Origin: Candidatus Latescibacterota bacterium
GTDB taxonomy: Bacteria > Latescibacterota > CBDEFO01
Reading direction: 5' to 3'
NCBI GenBank assembly: GCA_965248755.1
Contig: OZ252149.1
Span: forward strand, 896,001 to 960,000
DNA: 64,000 nt
Shown here: positions 9,102-19,072 of the stretch, piece after piece
Position numbering within the stretch: position 1 is the first letter of the stretch
Layout: every line of letters begins with the position of its first letter
The notes under the pieces: generated by a model
Told to the model about the DNA's origin: nothing
Databases searched by the model: none
The model's input: the letters and a program-made list of their open reading frames with translations, nothing else
Made by a program: the position numbers and the translations under genes

Positions 9102-11555
9102 ATGCTCGACACCGACACCAAACGCCGCATAGACACCGCCCGCGACATCCTCGTCGGCAAGGTGCCCGATCCGAAATCCCAGGTCGAGCAGATCACCATC
9201 GCCCTCATCTATAAGTTCATGGACGACATGGACGCAGGGTCCGAGGAAATGGACGGGGAGCGCACATTTTTCTCCGGCGATTTCGCCCGATACGGCTGGG
9301 CCAAACTCATGCGATCCGGCCTCGGCGGATATGATGTTAGGGATCTCTATGACGAAGCGCTCAAGCGGATGCCTCAAAATGAGGGCCTTCCAAAGCTATT
9401 TCGGCAAATATTCAGTGACGCCAGTCTGCCTTACCGCGACCCCGAAACGCTAAAGATGTTCCTCAAGATCATCGACGAGTTCGAGTACGATCACTCCGAA
9501 CGCCTCGGCGACGCCTTCGAGTATCTGCTCTCAGTCCTCGGTTCCCAGGGCGACGCCGGGCAGTTCCGCACGCCGCGCCACATCATTGATTTCATCGTTG
9601 CGGTCGTTGATCCGAAGAAGAACGAGACCGTTCTCGACCCCGCCTGCGGCACGGCCGGGTTCCTGATCTCGGCGTACAAACACATTCTTCGCGCCAACAC
9701 CGACGCCAGGGGGAACTCCGCCCTGACGCCAGACGACAAGGGCCGCCTCGCCAGCAACTTCAAGGGCTACGACATCTCGCCCGACATGGTGCGCCTGTCT
9801 CTGGTGAACCTCTACCTGCACGGCTTCACGGACCCGCACATCCACGAGTACGACACCCTCACCTCCGAGGACAAGTGGAACGAATACGCCGATGTGATCC
9901 TCGCCAATCCGCCCTTCATGTCTCCGAAAGGGGGCATCAAGCCGCACAAGCGCTTTTCCGTGCAATCCAAGCGCAGCGAGGTGCTGTTCGTGGACTACAT
10001 GGCCGAGCACCTGACACCCGGCGGCCGCGCCGGCATCATCGTGCCCGAGGGTATCATCTTTTCGAGCCAGACCGCGTACAAACAGCTCCGACAGATGCTG
10101 GTGGATGATTATCTCGTCGCCGTCGTCTCGTTGCCGGCCGGCGTGTTCAATCCCTATTCTGGCGTCAAGACCTCGATCCTGATACTCGACAAATCGCTGG
10201 CGAAGCAGAGCGACACGATCGCCTTCTTCAAGGTTGAGAACGACGGCTTCGATCTGGGCGCCCAGCGCCGCCCCATCGACAAGAACGACCTGCCACAGGT
10301 CGCCGCCGAGATAGAAGATTACCTCGGCAAACTTCGCGCCCGCGAATCCGTCGAGGACCTCAAGGCCACGCTCGACCTGATCGTGGAGAAGGAGAAGGTC
10401 GCGGCGAATGGCGACAACAACCTGAGTGGGGAACGGTATCGAGAGAATGGGGCACGCAAGTCAACGTATACTCTGAGGAAATTCGAGGACGTGTGCACGC
10501 TGGAGTATGGAGCAAGCCTTCCAAAGGCTAAACGCATTGAAGGACCGTACCCAGTAGTTGGTTCAAATGGGGTCACTGGTTACCACAACGAGTTTCTTGT
10601 GGAAGGCCCAGCCATCATAATTGGGAGAAAGGGTTCGGCAGGGGAGGTCACATGGATTCCAGAGAGCTGCTTTCCTATTGATACGACCTATTGGGTCAAA
10701 CAAGCAAAACCAGAAGAGTCGCTTATGGCCTATCTCTACTGGGTATTGAAAACTTTAGGTCTCCCGGCTCTCAGGGGTGGCGCCGGAATACCGGGGCTCA
10801 ACCGGAGCGATGTCTACAACACGCACAAAATCCCGCTTCCCCCGCTGGAGGTGCAGAAGGAGATCGTGGTGGAGATCGAGGGCTACCAGAAAGTCATCAA
10901 CGGCGCCCGCGCCGTTCTCGACAACTACCGCCCCCACATTCCCATCCACCCCGACTGGCCGATGGTGGCGTTGGGGAAAGCCTGTATCGTGAACCCCCGC
11001 AAGTCTGAGGTGACTGACATTGAAGGCACAACGGTTGTGTCATTCGTACCAATGTCCGACATCGGCGAGCATGAGATGTTCTTCGAACTAAAAGAAACGA
11101 AGCGCCTGGACGAAGTTGCCACGAGTTACACATACTTCAAGGATGGTGATGTCCTTCTCGCGAAGGTAACACCTTGTTTTGAGAACGGAAAGGCTGGCAT
11201 TGCTAGGAGGTTGCGCAATGGTATCGGCTTCGGCTCAAGTGAGTTCTATGTTTTAAGACCTACGGACGCTGTCCTCCCCGAGTGGGTCTTCATGTGTTCT
11301 GCAACCCTAGCATTTCGGGCGTGGGTCACGCCACAAATGACGGGAACCGGCGGTTTGCAACGTGTCCCACGAGCGGTCGTAGAGAGCTATCATATCCCCC
11401 TCCCGCCCCTCGCCACGCAGCAAGCCATCGTTGCCGAGGTCGAAGCCGAGCAAGCCCTCGTCGCCGCCAACCGCGAACTGATCGACCGCTTCGAGAAGAA
11501 GATCCAGGCCACCATCGCCCGCGTCTGGGGCGAAGCCGAATCCGTAGATCGTTGA
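9102..11555 (+). CDS. hsdM: Fused Type I methyltransferase-specificity subunit (HsdM-HsdS), m6A MTase
   Basis: GQFRTPRHI, DPACGTAGFL, NPPF, then two TRDs each closed by IPLPPL..Q..IV in one uninterrupted 817-aa ORF. Confidence 0.93.
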   Translation: MLDTDTKRRIDTARDILVGKVPDPKSQVEQITIALIYKFMDDMDAGSEEMDGERTFFSGDFARYGWAKLMRSGLGGYDVRDLYDEALKRMPQNEGLPKLFRQIFSDASLPYRDPETLKMFLKIIDEFEYDHSERLGDAFEYLLSVLGSQGDAGQFRTPRHIIDFIVAVVDPKKNETVLDPACGTAGFLISAYKHILRANTDARGNSALTPDDKGRLASNFKGYDISPDMVRLSLVNLYLHGFTDPHIHEYDTLTSEDKWNEYADVILANPPFMSPKGGIKPHKRFSVQSKRSEVLFVDYMAEHLTPGGRAGIIVPEGIIFSSQTAYKQLRQMLVDDYLVAVVSLPAGVFNPYSGVKTSILILDKSLAKQSDTIAFFKVENDGFDLGAQRRPIDKNDLPQVAAEIEDYLGKLRARESVEDLKATLDLIVEKEKVAANGDNNLSGERYRENGARKSTYTLRKFEDVCTLEYGASLPKAKRIEGPYPVVGSNGVTGYHNEFLVEGPAIIIGRKGSAGEVTWIPESCFPIDTTYWVKQAKPEESLMAYLYWVLKTLGLPALRGGAGIPGLNRSDVYNTHKIPLPPLEVQKEIVVEIEGYQKVINGARAVLDNYRPHIPIHPDWPMVALGKACIVNPRKSEVTDIEGTTVVSFVPMSDIGEHEMFFELKETKRLDEVATSYTYFKDGDVLLAKVTPCFENGKAGIARRLRNGIGFGSSEFYVLRPTDAVLPEWVFMCSATLAFRAWVTPQMTGTGGLQRVPRAVVESYHIPLPPLATQQAIVAEVEAEQALVAANRELIDRFEKKIQATIARVWGEAESVDR

Positions 11556-11696
11556 GACTATCACCAAATAATATCCGAGACTTCATCCACACATCAACTA
11601 TCTTTTTGGTTAAATGTGGGCCGTGGGAAGAGAACTAAATAGTGGAATGTTTTGCCCAGATTGTGGCACAAACAGAAGAATTAGGAGGAGCAAATC

Positions 11697-13034
11697 ATGT
11701 CCGAGTACCCCAGCGTTACCCGTTCCCTGGAAATCTACAAACGTGCAGGCGAACTTATCCCCGGCTGGACTCAACTTATCAGCCGCAGGGCCAGTCGGTT
11801 TGCTGACGGCATCAGCCCCATCTATGCTAAACAGGCCAAAGGTTCCCGTTTTATCGATGTAGATGGAAATGAATACATCGATTGGATCAACGCAGTCGGA
11901 GCGATCATCCTTGGCCACGCCGACGATGTGGTAGATCGGGCAGTCAAAGAGCAGATAGCCTGCGGTAGTATTTACACCTTAAATAGTCCCCTGGAGATTG
12001 AACTGGCCGAGGAACTGATCGATACCATCCCCAGTACCGAGATGGTCCGGTACACCAAAGGAGGTGGCGAAGCCTGTGCAGTGGCTGCTCGCATTGCCCG
12101 GGGGACAACGGGCAGAGACAAGATCTTATTCTGCGGCTACCACGGGTGGCACGACTGGTATCAAGCGGCAAACTACTTGGTCGATCCCGAAACCGGCGAA
12201 TTTCCATTTGCGGGGATTGAGCCAATCGGTGTGCCGAAGGTGCTGGCCGGCACCGCCATTCCCTTTAGCTATGGGGACCTGGCTATGCTGGAGCATCTGT
12301 TAGAAGAGCATCGGGGTGAAGTAGCTGCGATAATGATGGAACCGGCCCGCTCCGAGCTGCCGGAGCCGGGGTATCTGGAAGGGGTCAAAGAACTTGCCAG
12401 AGCGCATGACGTGATTCTGATCTTTGATGAGGTCTCCTGTGGCTGGCGGCTCTCGATCGGAGGTGTGCAAGCGTACGTTGGTGTTATCCCGGATATCACG
12501 GTTGTCGCCAAGGCCATGTCTAACGGCTACGCGATGGGCGCCGTGGTTGGCTCACGGGCGGTGATGGAGCCGGCCAAGCGCATGTTTATCTCAAGCTCCT
12601 ATTGGAGCGACAACATCGGCCTAATTGCTGCCCTTACCACCATTAGAGAACTGAAGCGGCGCGATTCTGAGGCTCGCTTTTTAGAAATCGGCCAAAAATT
12701 GCGCGCGAGCATAAACCAGGCTATCGCCGACGCCGGCCTCTCCGGGGCCTGTACTGGCTTCCACACGGACCTGGCCATCACTCTGGATCTTCCTGACAAA
12801 GCGCTGCACCCCAAGGTTTCAACGCTATTCATCCAGGAAATGGCCAAGAGGGGCGTTCATCTCTCTATGGGGTTCAAGCCGACCCTGGCCCACAATGAAG
12901 AAGATATCCGCCTGACGGCTGAGGCGGCAACCGAAGCCTTAACTGTGATCAAGTCCGGACTGGAAACTGGGGATGTTGAGGGTCTGTTAGCTGGTGATAC
13001 CAAGAAGGAACCGTTTCGCCGGCTTGTCCGATAG
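11697..13034 (+). CDS. Class III PLP aminotransferase, glutamate-1-semialdehyde aminomutase-like
   Basis: AKGSRFIDVDGNEYID, GYHGWHDW, LIFDEV, VAKAMSNG (PLP Lys); RBS AGGAGGAG. Confidence 0.9.
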   Translation: MSEYPSVTRSLEIYKRAGELIPGWTQLISRRASRFADGISPIYAKQAKGSRFIDVDGNEYIDWINAVGAIILGHADDVVDRAVKEQIACGSIYTLNSPLEIELAEELIDTIPSTEMVRYTKGGGEACAVAARIARGTTGRDKILFCGYHGWHDWYQAANYLVDPETGEFPFAGIEPIGVPKVLAGTAIPFSYGDLAMLEHLLEEHRGEVAAIMMEPARSELPEPGYLEGVKELARAHDVILIFDEVSCGWRLSIGGVQAYVGVIPDITVVAKAMSNGYAMGAVVGSRAVMEPAKRMFISSSYWSDNIGLIAALTTIRELKRRDSEARFLEIGQKLRASINQAIADAGLSGACTGFHTDLAITLDLPDKALHPKVSTLFIQEMAKRGVHLSMGFKPTLAHNEEDIRLTAEAATEALTVIKSGLETGDVEGLLAGDTKKEPFRRLVR

Positions 13035-13189
13035 CTAAATAAGTGGAGAGCAAACAGTAGGCATACTACAGGGATGAGCGGCGTAGTCCTTGTCCCCGAC
13101 TGAATCTATCGGGAATTGAGGACATCCTTCGCCCCGATTAAATCAGGGGAAAGATGCCGCAGAACACTCTCCAACGGAGGAGGAGTATC

Positions 13190-13993
13190 ATGAACAGCAC
13201 TGAACGAAATATCCTGGAGCTCTTTAGCTTGCAAGGCAAAGTTGCCATAGTGACAGGGGCATGTGGCTGGCTGGGGTCGGCCATGAGCCGAGCCCTGGCC
13301 GAGGCTGGCGCCCGGGTAGTGGTCAGCAGCCGTGACGCGGAACAGGCGGTTCAGTTTGCAGCCACCCTACCCGGCAGCGGCCACCTCGGGTTGGGTTTCA
13401 GTCAAGGCGATACCGACACTATCCCTGATTTCGCAGGCGAGGTGGTGCAACGAATGGGCCAGCTCGATGTGCTTGTCAACAACGCCTACGGCGGCGGAGC
13501 ACCGGACATTGACACAGTCACGGCGGAGGATTTTAATCAGACGTATCATATAGGTGTCACGGCCTATTTCCTGCTGGCGCGAGAAGTGATGTTCCATCTG
13601 CGAAAGCGGCAGGCATCAGGTTCAATTATCAATATCGCAAGTATGTACGGCGTCGTGGCAAGTTATCCCACCGCTTATGAAGGACTATCGGTCAACAGTC
13701 CAGCCAGCTACCATGCCCTCAAGGGCAGTCTGGTCCATTTGACCCGTCATCTGGCGGCTTATTGGGCAAAGTATAATATCCGGGTCAACGCCATCAGCCC
13801 AGGTCCGTTTCCAAAGCCGGAAACGGTTGAAAAGTTCCCTGGTTTCGTCCCTCGGCTGGAAGAGAAGGTGCCGCTGGGCCGTATGGGACGACCGGAGGAA
13901 CTGAAAGGCGCTCTACTGTTGATGGCCAGTGATGCCGGAAGCTATATCACGGGCCAGAATCTTTTGGTCGATGGAGGGTGGACTGCCTGGTGA
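13190..13993 (+). CDS. SDR family oxidoreductase
   Basis: TGACGWLG, NNA, SIINIASMYG, YHALK (YxxxK), VNAISPG; RBS GGAGGAGGAG. Confidence 0.93.
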   Translation: MNSTERNILELFSLQGKVAIVTGACGWLGSAMSRALAEAGARVVVSSRDAEQAVQFAATLPGSGHLGLGFSQGDTDTIPDFAGEVVQRMGQLDVLVNNAYGGGAPDIDTVTAEDFNQTYHIGVTAYFLLAREVMFHLRKRQASGSIINIASMYGVVASYPTAYEGLSVNSPASYHALKGSLVHLTRHLAAYWAKYNIRVNAISPGPFPKPETVEKFPGFVPRLEEKVPLGRMGRPEELKGALLLMASDAGSYITGQNLLVDGGWTAW

Positions 13994-14223
13994 GGGCACT
14001 GTGTGCGTTGCCGCAGCGTTTCTAACAGGGGACGAAGTGCGAAGAAAGTGGCCGGGCCGCGCCGTAAGGCGTTGCAGGGAGAGACGTGTTGCCATATTAT
14101 CTGGCACTATCATCGTTATGTGGACAAAAATGTTACCTATAGGTGAGCCGTGATTACCTGAGAAAGGAGCATCGCCACGAATGCAACAAGCTCCTGATTC
14201 CATTGTCTAGATAGCAGACGTAG

Positions 14224-14270
14224 GAAGACCAATGCCTCGGCTCTGTTAGGGAACCGAGGCATTGGTCTTC
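14224..14270. terminator. Long hairpin between convergent genes (probable terminator of the protease gene)
   Basis: 17-bp perfect stem GAAGACCAATGCCTCGG / CCGAGGCATTGGTCTTC, 18 nt from the protease stop. Confidence 0.7.
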
Positions 14271-14288
14271 GTTAACGTTACTATTGAC

Positions 14289-17200
14289 CTAACGCATCAG
14301 CATCAGCTTCCGCGTAGATACCTGTCCATTCGCCTTTAGTCTGGCTATATACATCCCGCTTCCCACTAACTGGCCGCGATCGTCGTGTCCATTCCAGACT
14401 ACTGAATGGGCACCAGGGCCAAACACTACATCGTCCAACAGTGTCCGCATCGACTGTCCCAGCAAGTTATAAATCACCATCGACACATGGTCTGTCAGAG
14501 GTAACTCGAAGCGGATCGTGGTGGTGGGATTGGCTGGATTGGGAAAAGAACTCAGCGATACAACTGGCTCAGCATTCTTTGCTCCACCTTGCACGAGTGT
14601 CCGCCCTGCAAGCTTGGCCTTCACCATCATCGTCTCTGTCCAGTCAGGATAGGTAGCAGCAATCTGGGAGAAAATCTCAGTGGCTCCATTATAGTCGTTG
14701 TAGGTATAGTCTAGAAGGAATGCCTTCTCCAGCAAGGCATACGGTACGTAGGGAGAGGTTGGATGATCCCTAAGAATCTGATCTATCCTCGACAGTGCCT
14801 CGGCTGGTCTCCCCTGTGAGACAAGTCCACTGATAGAGACATATAGTGCTGCTGCTTTGCCCTCCGTTCCACTTTGATTCTGGAGGCTGTTGAGATAGGA
14901 CAGGGCTTCTTCTACCTCGTCAGCGGTCTGGGACGCAAACATGACCCAGTGGATAGCCGTCCGGGTTTCTTGCTGGGAAGTGGAGGATGCAATGATGGTC
15001 TTGAAGTCGGCCTTCGCGCCGGAGCGATCTCCTGACCTCAGCTTCTCCTGTGCCACCGCGATGGGACTCGTGTCAACCACGATCTTTGCAGGCGTAGATC
15101 GGGAACCAGCAGTTTGCACTGAAAACGGAGGATCCACACCGTGAAACACCACTGGATCTCGGAGGGGACCGCTACTCCCACTGACATATCCCCAAAAGTT
15201 CCCCTGCGCGTTGATGCTACTATTGACATCAGAGGCTGCATAAACGTCGTACACTGAGTTATGTGGAGAAGGATAGGAGAAGTTATTGTTATTATACAAC
15301 CAAGGAACACCCTGGTTTACACAATATACCCCATATGAACTGTCATAGATGTCACAGGAAGGAAAAACATCAAGAAAGTCGTTGTTGACGTGGATGCCGT
15401 AGTATGCCCCCTGGAAGCTACAATTATCTAATCTAGGCGTTGATGATCCTCCAGAGACGTAGATGCCAGCGCTGCCCGAAAATGTGCCTCCCTGGAAATC
15501 ACAGTTGCGAAAGACAATCGAGCTGCCGCTGTTGATTACCTCTACGGCGTTGACAAGATCAGAACCTATCGTGATGTTCTCAATCAGGATATCACTGTCC
15601 CCATATATGATCACACCTACTCCGTTAGAGGGACCCGTGATCGTCACAGTTCCTGACCCCTTCTTCAGATCCACTTTGCTTTTCATATTCACACTACCCT
15701 GGTCGTACGTGCCACTTGCTATTGATACGAGCACTCTTGTACCTGCTGCCTCAGGCCAAGCATTAAGTACTGCTATATTAATATTGGTGTAGTATGCAGG
15801 GACATAAATGGTTCTTGGACTTATTTCTTTATTCGAGAATGCATCAAGGATTTTCGTATCGTTGGGAGTGCCGTTTGACAGGTTGGCATCGTTGTCATCT
15901 GCAAGCAACATGTTCTCACAGAACTCCACGAAGGTATCTGGACGGGGAGTGATCTCCATCGCCTCTACCCAAAGAGCGTCGGTTGTAGATTGTCCGAGTT
16001 GCTCTCTTAAATCCCACACAGCCCCTCCGATTATCAGACCGTTGGAGTGTGGAGGACCTGATCCAGTGGTCTCAAAATCTGCATATGTTTTGGTGTTATT
16101 AAGATCGCGAGAATTATAAGGAGGAACGTTTTCCCCCTGTTGTGAATCGTTGTTGATAGTGCAAGCTGCGTAGTCAGCAAATCCCTCGTCCATAGCCCTA
16201 CCTTCACTATAACTACCTGTGCCAATTGATTGCCAGCCGTAGATATCGAATATAAACTCGTGCCCATACTCGTGGTATATAACATCACTTGTTAGAGAGG
16301 CAACGCAGTTTTTACCAAGCTTTATTATCTTGGTAGTAGATGCACTAGCGCAGCTTTGCATGTTAAAATCTACGTGTGCAGTAACTTTGAAGTTGATTGT
16401 TCTATAACTATTCCAATGATCGCGAGCAAAATTGATGTGGTAAAAGGTAGTGTTTTCTTCTATATCCTCATTCCACGTCCAATTATGTTGGATAATAGGG
16501 TTAGGTGTTACAGGTCCTAACTCGTGGAAGGAGTCACTGCCAAGGTCGTCCAAGACTTTTACATACGGACCGTCGAGATAGCTCCTCAGCCAATAGTCTT
16601 GAGAATTTCCGACCCAACTGAGGTCATAATCTCCATTGGTGTTCGTATTCCCAGATTTTACTTCTCCAACAGAATCATCCACCGCAACTTTCTCATGTCG
16701 AAAACCCCTAACTACATCGGCTTCGTTATAATATTTAAGCTTCACGTTACCCTGTACTTTACCGTAGATTTTCCGATCCGCTTCCAATATGGTGCTCCAC
16801 TCCTCAACGACCTTGCCATCAATTGCATCTATGAAATACATCATACCTTTTGAGGGCTTCTCGGAAGATAACCCAAGTTTCCACGTCAGGTGATATTCTA
16901 TTCTGTTATTGGTTTCCTTAGGAAATATAAACAACGCCGGATGATCATCAACGATGACATCCAACGATCCTAATCTTTCCGTTGCTAAAACAACGGCTTC
17001 ATCTTCACTAACTAGCGGCGTGGTTGAGACGTTTATCTGAGGATGGGAATCAGAACCCATAAGAATAACGTTCCAGTTCGGGTCAACTGTGAAACTTACA
17101 TAAGCCTTGTACACCGGAATCCTCTGATGTCTCTGCTGAAATGTAACATACCAATTTCCAGAACCTTGACTCGCCTCCTTAAACTCAAGGTCAGACATAT

Positions 17201-17492
17201 TCACCTTGAGCAGATCTTTGTAATCAGCAATGAAACTTGTACTTATCGCTTCAACATTGCCCTTCTGAAGCGATACAGCACCCGCGAAATACCTATCGAT
17301 CTTGACCCCATGGCTCATTATCCTGTGGGGGCTTTTGGTGATTGGATTCTGAAAAGCAGTAAGCTCGTTGCCATGTATGTCCACCAGCATCTGCCGTTCC
17401 AACCCTCTTTGGGCATAGGAAGGCTTGATAAAAGCAAGGAACAAGACTATGCCCGAGAATACAGACATGTAACTGCAAGTTGAATGTTTTAT
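14289..17492 (-). CDS. Large secreted M4/M36-type zinc metalloprotease: FTP+PepSY propeptide, catalytic domain, beta-helix, TPR, FlgD-Ig/Por-like C-terminus
   Basis: YVTFQQRHQRIPV (FTP), YFIDAIDGKVV (PepSY), HEYGH, DEGFADY, PHSNG..AVWDLR, parallel beta-helix repeats, FPNPANPTTTIRFELP..IYNLLGQ..WNGHDDRGQLVGSGMY. The start position matching the paralogs is ATA at 17492; next ATG is 17468. Confidence 0.9.
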   Translation of the reverse strand: MKHSTCSYMSVFSGIVLFLAFIKPSYAQRGLERQMLVDIHGNELTAFQNPITKSPHRIMSHGVKIDRYFAGAVSLQKGNVEAISTSFIADYKDLLKVNMSDLEFKEASQGSGNWYVTFQQRHQRIPVYKAYVSFTVDPNWNVILMGSDSHPQINVSTTPLVSEDEAVVLATERLGSLDVIVDDHPALFIFPKETNNRIEYHLTWKLGLSSEKPSKGMMYFIDAIDGKVVEEWSTILEADRKIYGKVQGNVKLKYYNEADVVRGFRHEKVAVDDSVGEVKSGNTNTNGDYDLSWVGNSQDYWLRSYLDGPYVKVLDDLGSDSFHELGPVTPNPIIQHNWTWNEDIEENTTFYHINFARDHWNSYRTINFKVTAHVDFNMQSCASASTTKIIKLGKNCVASLTSDVIYHEYGHEFIFDIYGWQSIGTGSYSEGRAMDEGFADYAACTINNDSQQGENVPPYNSRDLNNTKTYADFETTGSGPPHSNGLIIGGAVWDLREQLGQSTTDALWVEAMEITPRPDTFVEFCENMLLADDNDANLSNGTPNDTKILDAFSNKEISPRTIYVPAYYTNINIAVLNAWPEAAGTRVLVSIASGTYDQGSVNMKSKVDLKKGSGTVTITGPSNGVGVIIYGDSDILIENITIGSDLVNAVEVINSGSSIVFRNCDFQGGTFSGSAGIYVSGGSSTPRLDNCSFQGAYYGIHVNNDFLDVFPSCDIYDSSYGVYCVNQGVPWLYNNNNFSYPSPHNSVYDVYAASDVNSSINAQGNFWGYVSGSSGPLRDPVVFHGVDPPFSVQTAGSRSTPAKIVVDTSPIAVAQEKLRSGDRSGAKADFKTIIASSTSQQETRTAIHWVMFASQTADEVEEALSYLNSLQNQSGTEGKAAALYVSISGLVSQGRPAEALSRIDQILRDHPTSPYVPYALLEKAFLLDYTYNDYNGATEIFSQIAATYPDWTETMMVKAKLAGRTLVQGGAKNAEPVVSLSSFPNPANPTTTIRFELPLTDHVSMVIYNLLGQSMRTLLDDVVFGPGAHSVVWNGHDDRGQLVGSGMYIARLKANGQVSTRKLMLMR

Positions 17493-18800
17493 GGTAATTT
17501 CTCCTTTCTTATTGCGCTCCAAATTCCAGCATCGACTAGATATCGACCCTCATCTCTTAGTTCAAATTCCTTATGCGATCCCTCAACCATATTATCCCTT
17601 ATAATTCCGTTTATCAGCCGATATTTAATGAAGAAACCGTCAGCACTAAAAACGCCAAGTTCCATGCTTAATCCCCAAGTAAAGGAGAAGCTTCCCCAAA
17701 CCACTAAGGAATCCACTTGGTTATTCGATTGTATCTCGATTGCTCCGTGAACACCGACAGGAATAGCTGCGATTTTTGGTATTCTCTCAATAATATCAAA
17801 ATAGTACGGAGGCATTAGGTCATCATAAAATCCATAAGTCAATATACCCTCAAAGGTGTTTTCCTGCCCTGTGTTTTCGCTGATCAGGCTCCCTGTCCAT
17901 AGACCGTTTATGATCTCTCCTGGATCAGGTTCTTCTTTTTCTTCACCACACCCCGCTAAGAATAGAGATAATATAACGACACTAGATAGGTTTGTGACAA
18001 AAGACTTCCTCATCAAGCATTTCATTCGTCTGTCCACTGCAATATTCCCCCTGACTGAGTTCAAATTGGAGTACGCTGTTAGCAGCTATCCGTTTTACTT
18101 GATTAAGCATCCCTCCGTTCTATCTCAATCTGGAAACCACTGCACACTTGCGGAATCAAAGCTCTTAAGCCAATAGTCCTGTGAGCCGCCGTCCCAATTA
18201 AGATCATAATCCCCACTAGTGTCGGTATTCCCAGACGTTACGTCTCCCCAAACATCATCCACCTCAATTTTCTCATGTCTAAAATCCCTAGCTGCATCCG
18301 CTTCGTCCCAATATTCAGGCTTCACGTTCCCCTGTACTTTACCCTTGATTTGTCGGAAAGCTTCCTTGGAAGTGCTCCACTCCTCAACGACCTTGCCATC
18401 AATTGCATCTATGAAATACATCATACCTTTTGAGGGCTTCTCGGAAGATAACCCAAGTTTCCACGTCAGGTGATATTCTATTCTGTTATTGGTTTCCTTA
18501 GGAAATATAAACAACGCCGGATGATCATCAACGATGATATCCAACGATCCTAATCTTTCCGTTGCTAAAACAACGGCTTCATCTTCACTAACTAGCGGCG
18601 TGGTTGAGACGTTTATCTGAGGATGGGAATCAGAACCCATAAGAATAACGTTCCAGTTCGGGTCAACTGTGAAACTTACATAAGCCTTGTACACCGGAAT
18701 CCTCTGATGTCTCTGCTGAAATGTAACATACCAGTTTCCAGAACCTTGGCTGGCCTCCTTAAACTCAAGGTCAGACATATTCACCTTCAGCAGATCTTTG
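16792..18800. repeat. Near-identical direct repeat of propeptide-coding DNA (16792-17220 vs 18372-18800; offset 1580)
   Basis: Manual alignment shows only scattered substitutions; a more diverged third copy lies at 19900-20530. Confidence 0.9.
17489..18025 (-). CDS. Lipoprotein of unknown function, module A
   Basis: Lipobox LAGC; C-terminus WSAIRKEKLP whose stop overlaps the protease start position. Confidence 0.8.
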   Translation of the reverse strand: MKCLMRKSFVTNLSSVVILSLFLAGCGEEKEEPDPGEIINGLWTGSLISENTGQENTFEGILTYGFYDDLMPPYYFDIIERIPKIAAIPVGVHGAIEIQSNNQVDSLVVWGSFSFTWGLSMELGVFSADGFFIKYRLINGIIRDNMVEGSHKEFELRDEGRYLVDAGIWSAIRKEKLP

Positions 18801-19072
18801 TAATCTGCAATGAAACTTCTGCTTATAGTTTCAACATTGCCTTTTTGCAGTGATACAGCACCGGCAAAATACCTATCGATCTTGACCCCATGGCCCATTA
18901 TCCTGTGGGGGCTTTTGGTGATCGGATTCTGAAAAGCAGTAAGCTCGTTGCCATATATGTCCACCACCATCTGTCGTTCCAATCCTCTCTGAGCGTAGGA
19001 AGGCCTGAAAACAGCAAATGATAAAACTATTCCGAAGAACAAATATAGATACCTGCAATTTGAATATTTCAT
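18125..19072 (-). CDS. Truncated protease paralog B: signal peptide + FTP + PepSY + start of mature domain, no HEXXH
   Basis: Colinear with the full protease up to DYWLKS, then runs into the 290-bp repeat and stops. Confidence 0.8.
   Translation of the reverse strand: MKYSNCRYLYLFFGIVLSFAVFRPSYAQRGLERQMVVDIYGNELTAFQNPITKSPHRIMGHGVKIDRYFAGAVSLQKGNVETISRSFIADYKDLLKVNMSDLEFKEASQGSGNWYVTFQQRHQRIPVYKAYVSFTVDPNWNVILMGSDSHPQINVSTTPLVSEDEAVVLATERLGSLDIIVDDHPALFIFPKETNNRIEYHLTWKLGLSSEKPSKGMMYFIDAIDGKVVEEWSTSKEAFRQIKGKVQGNVKPEYWDEADAARDFRHEKIEVDDVWGDVTSGNTDTSGDYDLNWDGGSQDYWLKSFDSASVQWFPD

Noticed and set aside
11697..13034. Naming the aminotransferase hemL
   Set aside because: No hem context and the GYHGWHDW subtype is often found outside tetrapyrrole synthesis; substrate uncertain.
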